Shown one piece after another: positions 21,818 through 31,748 of a DNA stretch of 64,000 nucleotides (position 1 is the stretch's first letter; each line of letters begins with the position of its first letter). Under the pieces are notes generated by a model. The model saw nothing but the letters and a program-made list of their open reading frames with translations, was not told the origin of the DNA and did not search any database. The DNA is taken from contig CAVRCJ010000011.1 of the NCBI GenBank assembly GCA_963719515.1, forward strand, positions 416,001 to 480,000. Reading direction: 5' to 3'. Made by a program: the position numbers and the translations under genes. The DNA is from an uncultured cyanobacterium. Its GTDB lineage: Bacteria; Cyanobacteriota; Cyanobacteriia; CAKZMO01.

Positions 21818-23467
21818 TCATTCTAGGCACCGCACAGAGTCAGCAATCATCGCCGTCACAAACGTCTTGTAGCCCACCGTCTCAAACAAAACCACCACCT
21901 TGTCCGCCTCGTAGCGCAGCACCTGACCCTTGCCAAAATTCGTGTGAATGATGGTGCTAGACAAAGGAAACGGCTGGGCGTATTTAACTTTAGGCTTGCC
22001 CCCATTGCGATCGCAGTTGTCGCAGTTTCCGCAGGGGGCCTCAAATGCCTCGCCGAAGTAGCTGAGAATATACTCCCGGCGGCAGCTCTCGGTCTCGGCG
22101 TAGCCCCGGATCATCTGCAGCCGCGATCGCTCAAAGGTACGGCGACGCTCTTGCGCCGTCATTACCTGGTCGATGGCTTGCTCCAGCTCTTCATCGTCAT
22201 CCTCGGCAATCACCTCACCGGCCACAATATCCCCGTCGGCCTCCTGGTCAACAACCCCAAAGGCTTCTAGGTGGTCTAGCGCGGTGGCGAGCTTGGCCTG
22301 GGAAAGGTCGATTGTCTCGCGCAGCCCCTCTACCGTCAGCGGCTTACCGCTTTCCCGCACCTGCTCAGCGATCGCATCCAATGCCTCTTCATCGACGCTG
22401 CCGCCCCCAGCGAAAAAGCGCTGTAGCTTTAGGTCGTCGGGGTGGTAGAACAGCTTGGCCTTAGCGGGCTCCCCGTCCCGTCCGGCCCGGCCAATCTCCT
22501 GATAGTAGGCGTCGATGGAGCCGGGAATATCGTGGTGAAAAACAAAGCGCACGTTGGGCTTGTCGATGCCCATGCCAAAGGCAGTGGTAGCCACGATGAC
22601 GTCCAGCTCGTCGGCCATAAACTCCGACTGCACCCTCTCGCGATCGCTGCTGTTCATGCCCGCGTGGTAGGCCGCCGCCTTTAGCCCTTCCTCCTGCAGC
22701 AGCTCGGCGATCGCTTCGGTGGCCTTGCGGGTGGCCACGTAGACGATGCCCGGCGGGTCGGCTTGGGTCACCGCCTCGACGAGGGTAGGCCGCTTCTCCG
22801 CTTCGGCGTAAAACCGTTGAGCATCTAGGTGAATGTTGGGGCGGTCAAAGCCGCGAATGACCTCCACGGGGTCCCGCAGCCGCAGCCGCTTCCCAATTTC
22901 CTGACGCACCAAAGGGGAAGCGGTAGCCGTCAGCGCCAGCACCGTCGGGCGGCCCAGCGCTTCAACCACGGTGTCGAGCTGCAGGTAGTCCGCGCGAAAG
23001 TCGTGGCCCCACTCGCTGATGCAGTGGGCCTCATCCACCACAAACAGGGAGGGCTTGATCGTCGTCAGCCGCTCTAACGTCTCTGGGTTGCCAAACTGCT
23101 CCGGAGCCAAAAATACAAACTCCAGCTCACCTTCCGCGAGCTGCCTAAACACCTGCTCCCGCTCGCCCTTGTTCAGCGTTGAGTTGAGCACGGCAGCCTT
23201 CACCATTCCCAGCTCGGCGATCGCCCTCACCTGGTCCTGCTGCAGGGCAATGAGGGGCGAAATCACCAGGGTTGGCCCGGGCAGCCGCAAGGCCGCAATT
23301 TGATAGATGGCAGACTTGCCCGAGCCGGTGGGCATGATGCCCAGAGTATCTTGCTGGGCTAAGACGGCCTCCAGCACCTCTCGCTGTCCCGGCCTGAGAC
23401 CGTCAAAGCCAAATACCCGCTGAGCGATTTGCTCGGCGACCTGGAGCACTGCGTCAGAATTGGTCAT
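21818..23467 (-). CDS. recQ: RecQ-family ATP-dependent DNA helicase
   Basis: MPTGSGKS, DEAHCISEWGHDFR, AFGMGIDK, QEIGRAGRDG, CRR...CGNCDNC. Confidence 0.93.
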   Translation of the reverse strand: MTNSDAVLQVAEQIAQRVFGFDGLRPGQREVLEAVLAQQDTLGIMPTGSGKSAIYQIAALRLPGPTLVISPLIALQQDQVRAIAELGMVKAAVLNSTLNKGEREQVFRQLAEGELEFVFLAPEQFGNPETLERLTTIKPSLFVVDEAHCISEWGHDFRADYLQLDTVVEALGRPTVLALTATASPLVRQEIGKRLRLRDPVEVIRGFDRPNIHLDAQRFYAEAEKRPTLVEAVTQADPPGIVYVATRKATEAIAELLQEEGLKAAAYHAGMNSSDRERVQSEFMADELDVIVATTAFGMGIDKPNVRFVFHHDIPGSIDAYYQEIGRAGRDGEPAKAKLFYHPDDLKLQRFFAGGGSVDEEALDAIAEQVRESGKPLTVEGLRETIDLSQAKLATALDHLEAFGVVDQEADGDIVAGEVIAEDDDEELEQAIDQVMTAQERRRTFERSRLQMIRGYAETESCRREYILSYFGEAFEAPCGNCDNCDRNGGKPKVKYAQPFPLSSTIIHTNFGKGQVLRYEADKVVVLFETVGYKTFVTAMIADSVRCLE

Positions 23468-23679
23468 GTAGGGTTCGAAATAATAATATTCTTTGTTGTC
23501 TGGCCCAGACTCAGCGGCGACTCTTGGCCGAAGGAAATTCCGCGTCTAGGGTTTACGGCGTTGGCGAATAAAGGTGCGAATTCGCAGCGTTGAACGTAGC
23601 TCAATATTCAGGCGGTAGGGACATGACAGCGTCATGTCCTCACGAAAGGCATAGCCAGCACAACGCCGGTTTTGTGTCG

Positions 23680-23961
23680 CTAGAGGGACCAGTTCAGCTT
23701 CGAGACCAGCATTGCTGCCAGCACGATCAGCCCTAGCGATCGCCGAAAGTAGTTGACGCCCTGAAACAGCTCTAGCCACGCCCAGGTAAACAGCGCCCCG
23801 AACGATAGGGCGTCTAGAAAAGTCTCGACGTTGCCGCCTGTGGGCAGTAGGTTAATGCCTGCGGCGGCGAGCCACACCAGCAGCGGTAGGCTGGGCGGCT
23901 GGGCAATGACAATGCTACCGGTGTCGTCTCGGAAGATGCGGTCAAACAGCGTCGTTTCCAT
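23680..23961 (-). CDS. Small hypothetical membrane protein
   Basis: FRDDTGSIVIAQPPSLPL...WAWLELFQGVNYFRRSLG; three hydrophobic segments. Confidence 0.75.
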   Translation of the reverse strand: METTLFDRIFRDDTGSIVIAQPPSLPLLVWLAAAGINLLPTGGNVETFLDALSFGALFTWAWLELFQGVNYFRRSLGLIVLAAMLVSKLNWSL

Positions 23962-24035
23962 GGAGCAAATCGTATGACTACACTTAGCATTAGAGCGATG
24001 CACTGTGGCTCTAGTCTTCCCCTCAAAGGCAGGCT

Positions 24036-24438
24036 TGATACCACTGGCGAATTTTATGTCTTGTTGCATCTCGGCTATTTCCTGCTCCGAAGAAGGCCCC
24101 CTTTTCTGGTATGCCCGAAGGGCTTTAAGCCTCCAATTGAGAGGACTTCAGAGAAGTCAGAACTCCTTGAAGTCAATAGCGACAAATAGTATGGCCACTC
24201 GGGTTCCCCCAGAATTGATACCGCTGGCGAATTTTATGTCTTGTTACATCTCGGCTATTTCCTGCCCCGGAGAAGCCCCCTAAATCCCCCAATTCTGGGG
24301 GACTTCAGAGAAGTCAGAACTCCTCAAAGTCAATAGCGGTCAATGGTATAGACGCTGCTTGGGTTCCCCCAGGATTGGGGGCGGAGGGGGCCTCCAGAGC
24401 GTGCAACTCAATTACAAAATATTTCGCCAGCGGTATCA
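24036..24438. mobile_element. MITE-like repeats: truncated copy (24036-24215) plus complete 223-bp copy (24216-24438)
   Basis: 16-bp TIR TGATACCGCTGGCGAA / TTCGCCAGCGGTATCA; body closely matches 33206-33427. Confidence 0.8.
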
Positions 24439-24590
24439 AGCTTGGCGACAGGGCGCACAGAGAGTTAACCCTTTGGGCCTCGTGCTCGTGCCGTACCAAG
24501 GGCTCAGGCGATCGCCTGCTAGGACTGCGACAAAGACAGCGATCGCCAGTAATCTCATCAGGACAGTGGCGATCGCTGCTTGGATGGCGC

Positions 24591-24869
24591 TTACTGCAGG
24601 CCGCGCAGGCGCATCAGGTAGGCCAAGACCTGCCCTTCTCGGCGGCTGAGCCGCACACCGTCGGGGCCGATGGGCACGGGGCCGGTCCACAGGCTTTGCT
24701 CTACGAGGTAGCGGTTAATGTGCATCAGGTGAATGGTTTCCCGGATGCCTTCTGGGGTGCCAATGAGGATGTGACGCACCACTTCGCCGTCGGGCTGATG
24801 CGGGGGATCGCTCAGGCGAAGCTGTGCCGCCTCAGGGCTGAGGGGCTGCTCGGGGATTAGAAATGTCAT
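24591..24869 (-). CDS. Small hypothetical protein (RHILIGTPEG...GQVLAYL family), 92 aa
   Basis: AGGA RBS; paralog at 37998-38377. Confidence 0.75.
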   Translation of the reverse strand: MTFLIPEQPLSPEAAQLRLSDPPHQPDGEVVRHILIGTPEGIRETIHLMHINRYLVEQSLWTGPVPIGPDGVRLSRREGQVLAYLMRLRGLQ

Positions 24870-25202
24870 GGGTTGGGTTCCTTTCTGGTGTAGATGGGTA
24901 GGAAACCCAAGTTTGGCCACCCCTCACAAGGTTGAACCAGTTCGGAGTGGCCGTGGGAAAATAACCACAGCTTTCGAACAGGTCTGCTCTGTTTCGGAGG
25001 TCAGGCGGCGGCTGTCAATGCCACTGGCAGTCGCTGCCGTTATGACCAAAGCTTGGGAGTCGAACTGCGGGATGCAGCTCTCAAGACGAAATTCTAGGGC
25101 ATTTGGGGATGGGTGGCAAGAGCCAGTGCTGCGATCGCAAAGGCTCAATCGCCCCAGCGGCTAAAATAGACCCAACCCGTCTCAAGCGATCGCCGTGACG
25201 CC

Positions 25203-25865
25203 ATGATCATTTCTACCCAGGTCAGCGAGCTAGAGCTAGACACCACTAGCGGGCAGCTCACCCAAACCGTCACCCTTGCGGGCATTAGCTGGCCGACCTA
25301 CCAGGCTATGCTCACCGACATGGGAGAGCACCGCGCTACCCGCATCGCCTACAACCAGGGAACGCTGACCCTCAAAATGCCATCCAAGCTCCATGAGATT
25401 ATCAATCGCCTGCTGGCGCGCATTGTTAAAACCTTGACTGAGGAGCTGGGCTTAGAGGTGGTGGATGTGGGGTCTATGACGCTGGAGCGCGAAGATTTGC
25501 GCAAAGGTGCGGAGCCCGACACTGGGTTCTATATCCAAAATGCGTCTCAGTTGGACGGGCTCGACCCGCAGATCCCGGCGGGGCTGCCACCGGATCTGGT
25601 GATTGAGGTGGATATTACGAGCCCGTCTACTCAGCGCATGGCGATTTATGAGGCGTTGGGGGTGCCGGAGGTTTGGCGCTACACCAAGCGGCAAGGGCTG
25701 GTGTTCTATCGGCTGGATGGCAATGCGTACGTGGAGGCTGAGGTAAGCGTGGCGTTTGGGCAGGTTTCTTCGGTGCAGCTGAATGCGTTCTTGGCGGCGC
25801 GGCAGCACAAAGGGGAGAATCAGGTGATTCGTGCGGTGCGCGATTGGGTTCGCGGGTTGGAGTAG
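25203..25865 (+). CDS. Uma2-family (DUF820) putative endonuclease
   Basis: ISWPTYQA, AEPDTGFY, PPDLVIEVDITS, LGVPEVWRY. Confidence 0.92.
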   Translation: MIISTQVSELELDTTSGQLTQTVTLAGISWPTYQAMLTDMGEHRATRIAYNQGTLTLKMPSKLHEIINRLLARIVKTLTEELGLEVVDVGSMTLEREDLRKGAEPDTGFYIQNASQLDGLDPQIPAGLPPDLVIEVDITSPSTQRMAIYEALGVPEVWRYTKRQGLVFYRLDGNAYVEAEVSVAFGQVSSVQLNAFLAARQHKGENQVIRAVRDWVRGLE

Positions 25866-25980
25866 GCGGCGTCTTGTCTTTTGAGATTTGGGATTTGGGC
25901 GATCGCTGCTGCTGTAGATGATGGGTATCATCTGAGAATAGCGGCCAGGTTGAAGCAGCTTTATTAAGAGAGGATGACTT

Positions 25981-26244
25981 ATGACTCAAGTGACTATCGA
26001 GCTGCCAGACCAGGTGGCGAGAGACTTAGAAGCTTATCTCCAGGCTAATTCGCAGGAGAGCTTGGCTGAGCTAATCCATGAGGTTCTGCAGGTTAAGCTA
26101 CCGTCTACTCTGCCCTCTAAGGCGATGCAGGGAAACGATTCTTCCTTGGTTGATTTCTTCCGTAACTCTCCGCTCCAAGCTGTGGCTGGGGAGATTGACC
26201 TGAACCGCGATGATCGCGCTGCTGACGAACGTATTACTCTATGA
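25981..26244 (+). CDS. Putative antitoxin (VapB-like)
   Basis: 87 aa, ATGA overlap with the downstream PIN gene. Confidence 0.7.
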   Translation: MTQVTIELPDQVARDLEAYLQANSQESLAELIHEVLQVKLPSTLPSKAMQGNDSSLVDFFRNSPLQAVAGEIDLNRDDRAADERITL

Positions 26245-26663
26245 GGTATTTGCTCGATACCTGTATCATTTCGGAGCTTGTTGCAAAGCAGCCTAACCCC
26301 AAAGTCTTGAGCTGGGTTACAGACCAGCCTGACGAGAACTTGTACTTATCTGTCATTACGATTGGAGAGATTAAGAAGGGAGTTTGCAAGCTGCCAGATT
26401 CTAAACGTAAATCCGCGCTGTCTGCTTGGCTAAGGCAAGACCTCCTAGTTCGCTTTGCAGGCAGAGTTCAAGCCGTCGATATTGAAACTATGCTGTATTG
26501 GGGAGAGCTGCTAGGCCGTTTAGAGACCCAGGGTAGAGCACTGCCGCTTTTAGATTCTTTGATCGCGGCGATCGCGCTTCGAGGTTCTTTTCAGCTTGTA
26601 ACACGTAATGAGAAGGACTTTGATAGAATAGGTGTCTCTATAGTGAATCCATTTGTAGGGTAG
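26241..26663 (+). CDS. vapC: VapC/PIN-domain toxin
   Basis: YLLDTCIISE, SVITIGEI, DSLIAAIA, LVTRNEKDF. Confidence 0.92.
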   Translation: MRYLLDTCIISELVAKQPNPKVLSWVTDQPDENLYLSVITIGEIKKGVCKLPDSKRKSALSAWLRQDLLVRFAGRVQAVDIETMLYWGELLGRLETQGRALPLLDSLIAAIALRGSFQLVTRNEKDFDRIGVSIVNPFVG

Positions 26664-26940
26664 TGGTGAGACTCCTGTAGCACTTGTAAGCGATCGCTCA
26701 CACCTGTCAGTAAGCTCAAGACAAAGCATCTCAAAATGAGCCTACCTTGCCTCATAGGCTACTGGAGTAAATTCGGACTATTTTTCTTAACTGTCACACG
26801 GCTGAAATACTGATTCTGTCGTGGAACTGATGAGACTGACCTATAGGTAGGCAATTGAACTCTAGTCACTGTTTAATCGACATTTTGGTAAGTATCTCAG
26901 TTATAGAGTGGTTGTAGCTCTGGGGCAATTACTCTGAGTG

Positions 26941-27027
26941 ATTTAACGATCCCAATCAGCGGCAGCAGGCAACCTCGAACTCCACTGATGTTAAGTTCGA
27001 CCGTCCGCTGCATTGGGGTTGTTATGC
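26941..27027 (-). mobile_element. Integron attC site 1
   Basis: Minus strand GCATAAC-AACCCCAATGCAGCGG...CCGCTGATTGGGATC-GTTAAAT; RYYYAAC-like and GTTRRRY cores, imperfect palindrome with one extra base in the 5' arm; 87 bp. Confidence 0.8.
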
Positions 27028-27238
27028 CGCAATGTTGAAGATAAATAAAAGAATAGCGTAACCTGTTGCATAATTAGTAAGTATGTACTAAAGTACGATT
27101 TATACACTCTGTGCAGTGTTTCAGAGGTGCAGCAGATAAACCTAAGAACTTTCCCAACAGAGTCAATCTTTCCTGATCTTTAAGGACATCGAGAGAAGAT
27201 CTAAGTGATTATATTTCAGATCACTTAGGTATTTTCCC

Positions 27239-27706
27239 ATGCCGCATGACTTTAGAGAGTTTCCCAATCCCCTACGTAATCACTTGAGGGAGCTATTTGA
27301 AACCATGAGCCAACTACAAGAAGAAATTGAAAATCTCAGTGATCGTCTTTCCGATTCAAGGCAAGCCTTTAAACAGAGTATTGAGGATTTCTTTCAACAA
27401 CCAAACCAGAACCCATTCCCTACGGAAGGAACTATTGACTCTGATGTCGAGCAATACACGAGGCTCGTGTCTTATTGTCTAGAGGCAGGGGATACAGAAA
27501 TTTTGGATAGATGGGGAATTCAAAACATCCTTACCAATCCGACCATTCTAGCCTCTAGTAACTACGAGTTATATTACTTAGCTTTCAATAATGCACGAGA
27601 AACATCTAAAACGCCTCTAGAAGAAGAATGCTGGATTAAAGTAATTGAGATGTTTCAAATCTTGCAAAATCCAGGAGGTACACTTATCACTGTAGGAAAC
27701 AGGTGA
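27239..27706 (+). CDS. Cassette protein with a phycobiliprotein-like segment
   Basis: DVEQYTRLVSYCLEAGDTEILDRWGI resembles the DxxxYxRxxxYCLxxGxTxxLDEWGI segment of phycobiliprotein alpha chains. Confidence 0.6.
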   Translation: MPHDFREFPNPLRNHLRELFETMSQLQEEIENLSDRLSDSRQAFKQSIEDFFQQPNQNPFPTEGTIDSDVEQYTRLVSYCLEAGDTEILDRWGIQNILTNPTILASSNYELYYLAFNNARETSKTPLEEECWIKVIEMFQILQNPGGTLITVGNR

Positions 27707-27730
27707 AAGAGGATTAGCACTTTTAAGAGA

Positions 27731-28297
27731 TTATTTATCCTGAGAGCGCCGTGCAGCTTGCTGGGCACGAGCTGCACTAAGGTATTGGCTACTGAGCTGC
27801 TTCGCATTTCTTCGCATTTCTTCGCCTCTACTAACGTCTATGATTTGCTCTAAGAGGCTTTTTATCTCTCTAATAGCTTCCACAGATAGTTCATGAGTTG
27901 CACTTAAATCATCAACATTTTCCCTTAAGGAATAAAGCTCACTATTCTCGGGAAGTGTTGATGCCAAAACTTTCAAACGCTCAAGAGCTTCACTTTTCTT
28001 GGTTTGAAACGAGGAATTTTGTCTCTTTATTTCATATATTTTATCTTTAATATCATCAGCAACCTGCTTAAGTCGATTTCGCTTAGCTTCGACTTCTGAT
28101 TCAAACTTCTTAATTCTGGCAAAGTCTTGAACTCTTTTTCTAAAGCCCTGTATGGCATTCCATATTTGATTACGAGCTAGAAGGCACCCAAATATAACAA
28201 TAACTGCAATTAACGCAGGGAGCTTACTGAGATCCGAAAAATCACCTTTCAAGATATCTTGAACTAAGTCAAAAATTTTCTCAAATATTCAATCCAT
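27731..28297 (-). CDS. Cassette protein, TM plus coiled coil; in-frame TGA at codon 3, or start at TTG 28252
   Basis: ATG at 28297 reads MD*IFEKIFDLVQDILKGDFS..., in frame with the 173-aa ORF. Confidence 0.6.
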
Positions 28298-28558
28298 TAG
28301 AAACTCGCTCTTCTAAGGTAGTTGCACAAGCCGAATTATAGTATGCGCTTTATAGATAGCGCGACTTTAGGGATCGTGAGCTATTAGCAGTAGAACATTG
28401 AATTAAGGCAAAAGCCAGCTTAAGCATATTTCAGATTTGAGGGATTTTATACCATTATCCCAAAAATTAAGTAATTCTCAAGAATACTTAAACATGCATA
28501 GTTCAACAGCTTAAAAATTTGCTACAAGGGCTACTGTGTCCCAACCAAAAATTCAGCA

Positions 28559-28646
28559 GCATAACGTTCCGATTGAGCGGCATCAGGTCTGCTGTAACAT
28601 TAGACAAAAAGGTTCCCGGCTGTCCGCTCCAATCGGATTGTTAGAC
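28559..28646 (-). mobile_element. Integron attC site 2
   Basis: Minus strand GTCTAAC-AATCCGATTGGAGCGG...CCGCTCAATCGGAAC-GTTATGC; extra G in the 5' arm; 88 bp. Confidence 0.85.
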
Positions 28647-28911
28647 ATCGAGATATTAACTGAATGTAGAACACACATCTATGGCTTTCTTCTAAAAAAC
28701 CAGTTTAGAAAGGCAATAATAGCGACCGCTATCATGGTTATTATTTGAAAAGGATTGAATATCTTAGTTATGCTTTGCATCGTACTCGTTTTAGTTAACT
28801 AGATAGGTTATTTTAGAAACGGTTTTGAATCAGTGTCTTTTGAATCTGGGGAAGATAAATACAAAGCCTTAAAACATCGGTTTTACTAGACTTTCAACAT
28901 TCAGGCGTCCC

Positions 28912-29385
28912 TCAGCGATCTCGGAAACGCTGTAAAGTCATTTGCAGGCTTTTATAGATATTTTTCCAGTCTTGAGCCAGAAAATCTTCTAATCCCTGTA
29001 GGTCCATTTTCTTGAACGTCAACTCACCTCGACTATTCTGAGTCACGCGAAAATTCGCGTTGTACAATCTCAGCATCTCCTCGGGTTGCATTGTTTCTAC
29101 TTTCTTTTCGTAGTTCGAGTACAGAAAAGTTGCGGATAATCCCCCTACTGCGGCAGCTCCTGCCCACCCAATAGGACCAAGGGCAGCTACACCAAAAGCT
29201 CCAAAAACCGCAACCTTTTCCGCAATTTTTTCCCTAGATATTCTCAAAAGTCGGTAATAGATCTTCACAGCATACGAGTACACCTCACCTTTGACTATGA
29301 TTTCATCCCCAACCGCAAAAGAATCGATCCTTGCCAGAACGTCTGTCCAGTCATCATGAGACTGAACGATAGCCACTTTACCCAT
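28912..29385 (-). CDS. Cassette hypothetical protein with Gly/Ala-rich membrane segment
   Basis: GAGG RBS; FGAFGVAALGPIGWAGAAAVGGL. Confidence 0.7.
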   Translation of the reverse strand: MGKVAIVQSHDDWTDVLARIDSFAVGDEIIVKGEVYSYAVKIYYRLLRISREKIAEKVAVFGAFGVAALGPIGWAGAAAVGGLSATFLYSNYEKKVETMQPEEMLRLYNANFRVTQNSRGELTFKKMDLQGLEDFLAQDWKNIYKSLQMTLQRFRDR

Positions 29386-29461
29386 ACAACCTCATTAACT
29401 CTCTCAATACAAAACACAAGATAAAAAAACTTACTTGCTATTCTAGCCTGGGACTAAAACT

Positions 29462-29691
29462 GTCTAACTATATATTCAACGTCAGATCTGCTCGATAACA
29501 CCCCATTCCCCGGATCTTATCAGGCAGATCTGACGGATAACACCCTATTTCTCAGGCTTATCTACCACATCTGACGTCTAACTCCAGAAATCCGGGGTGT
29601 TATCTGTCACTTTTGCTTGATGATCCTAGCCTCTGGAATATTATTTGTCACTTCTGACGGATAACAACACACATAGCCGTGTTATCCGGCG
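29462..29691 (-). mobile_element. attI-like site with accessory repeats
   Basis: Minus strand GTTGAAT-ATATA-GTTAGAC with no attC palindrome, flanked by ~42-bp-spaced CAGATCTGACGGATAACAC-like repeats and inverted copies. Confidence 0.55.
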
Positions 29692-29896
29692 ATCGCCATG
29701 TGCCATTGACCATGAAAAGCAGTGCAGCGTCGCTGCCGGGCGCAGCAGCTAATCAGGCTACACAGCAAAGTTTAAGATATCCTGACGAAATCTCTCCTCG
29801 CCGACAAGTCCATTCGTTTGCTACGCCGCTTTCCCAGAACTGTAAATCGCAAGCACCCAAGTACTTCATACCGCTATACCGCGATCGCCCCATGCA

Positions 29897-30089
29897 CTTA
29901 AGCAAAACCAACAAACGCTTACTGAGATCAAGCAAACGCTTAAGCAAAACCGACTAACCACAAAGCGAAACCTCAAAACACTTAAGCCGTAAGCCATATC
30001 GCTTATTGAGCTATAAGCAACGCTTAAGCGTTTCTCGCTAACGTATAAACGTTGGTCGATAACGCTCAAGCAAAACCAACAAACGCTTA
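29897..30089. repeat. Degenerate short-period repeat tract
   Basis: Exact 22-mer AAGCAAAACCAACAAACGCTTA at 29900 and 30068, with many CTTAAGC/AAACGCT variants between. Confidence 0.65.
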
Positions 30090-30731
30090 TTGGTTACCCC
30101 AAACCGAGCCCACGCCAAAGGCTCAACCCCACTCGATACAATGGCAGCACAACAGCCCAGACTCAGCGCAGCCTAGATACGCCTCAGCGATCGCCCCCCA
30201 TAGCTGACAAACATGGGGTGCATATGCACCGGCTACAGCGTGAGAATGCTGGTGTTGGATTTCCCCATCTAGGCAAAGGCGATCGCTTTCGATCGTCCGT
30301 GAGCTGTATCGACGCTGTCCCCTTGTAGGCTGCGGCGAAGCGGTACAGGTGTTCCCTGATCAAACAAGATTTTCATTAACCTGCTATGCGCTCTAACCTA
30401 GTGAGTTCATAGTCTAGAAGGGACTCCACCTGACTACGTGCTACTCCTGGAAACCAGTCCAAAAATTGATCGATGGAAGCGCTATCTTTAAGATTTTCAA
30501 GTTATCTTCGCGATGTCGGGTCAGCAGCAGCAGGCAGAGCAGATTGGCCGCCAGCGCCAACAACGCCCATAAGCTCTGCGGTGGGAGCTGCCCCGGTCAT
30601 AAATTGATAGATAGCCCGAGCGAAGACGGCGATCGCTGCTGGCACCGCCGCGAGCCGCAATTTGCCACGTTCAAAGCCCTACTTGCCCCAAATGGTCTAC
30701 GCTTAGAGCATATTTTTTTAGAGCCGACTAA

Positions 30732-31547
30732 ATGCGTGTTGAAGCCTGCTGCCAAGCCCTGTTGGAAAACCTGCTGCCCGATCTTGACCCCGATCGCCAG
30801 GGACTCTGCGTGGATGTAGGGGTTGGCACCTTTGCCTTTTACTGCGAGCTGTTTGCCCGGCTGGGGTTCGCCACCGTAGCCGTAGAGCCTTCTCCCACCG
30901 ATAAGCTGCGGGCGCTCTGCCAGCAGTACTCCATCCAGCTCATTGAGCAGTGCCTGTCAGACCAAGTGGGGACCCAAACCCTATACATGGGACAGTTTGC
31001 CAACTTAGCCAACAGCAATTTTAGCTCGCTGGCCGCCGACTGGTTTGGCGCGTCAAGCTCGACTCGCTCAGTGCCAACCCTAGATTTAGCGACCTTACTC
31101 CGCCAGGTCACCGCCCCCTACATCACCGCCTTTAAGCTCGATATTGAAGGGTGGGAGCCGGTTGTAATCCAGCAGTTTGTCGAATTACCCAGCAAGCAAC
31201 TGCCCCAAGTTGTGATGTTCGAGTACGGCGGTGGCGGCAGTCGTGCCCAGGGGTCAAAAGGCTGGTCGCCCAACTTTTTTCAGGGCACGATGACTTGTCT
31301 CGAAGTTTTGCAGCAGCAGGGATACGCCTTTAGCGTTATGGTCGACTATGCCTCTGGTACCCAGGCTAAGGTGTTTGATCTGCAATCTCTAGATTTGGCT
31401 CACGAGTCGCCCTTTTGTGCCAACGGCGTCTACGGCAACATTCTTTGCTTTCACCAACAGCGCTTTTCCACCGAGAGAATACAGCGCATCTGCGCCCCCT
31501 ATCGCGGTGGTTTGGCCAACTGGCTGGTGAGCACCTTCGTCTCCTAA
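30732..31547 (+). CDS. FkbM-family methyltransferase
   Basis: CVDVGVG, AVEPSP, FKLDIEGWE, VMFEY. Confidence 0.85.
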   Translation: MRVEACCQALLENLLPDLDPDRQGLCVDVGVGTFAFYCELFARLGFATVAVEPSPTDKLRALCQQYSIQLIEQCLSDQVGTQTLYMGQFANLANSNFSSLAADWFGASSSTRSVPTLDLATLLRQVTAPYITAFKLDIEGWEPVVIQQFVELPSKQLPQVVMFEYGGGGSRAQGSKGWSPNFFQGTMTCLEVLQQQGYAFSVMVDYASGTQAKVFDLQSLDLAHESPFCANGVYGNILCFHQQRFSTERIQRICAPYRGGLANWLVSTFVS

Positions 31548-31748
31548 GCCTGAGTTGAAAGAGGCGGTGCGATCGCAGCCAATATCCGCCATTCTGACGG
31601 TGATGACGAGGCTGCACCTCCTGACTGAGCCAAGTAGTCTACCCATAAAGCACGCATCTACGGGCAAAGTCCAAGCCCCACAGTCTTTAGCGGTTTTGTC
31701 AGGCCGCTTTACGGTTAGACACACCATCACCAGCAGAGCGTTCAGGGT

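Noticed and set aside
23974..24499. Short ORFs containing LIPLANF/LIPLAKY (also at 33151-33683)
   Set aside because: Translations of the MITE terminal repeat with no other sign of coding function.
28536..28748. 70-aa ORF
   Set aside because: Runs across attC2; probably spurious.
29679..30730. Possible intI or remnant next to the attI-like site
   Set aside because: No tyrosine-recombinase motif recognised in the ORFs or frames read; a tBLASTn with IntI would be needed to exclude a decayed fragment.
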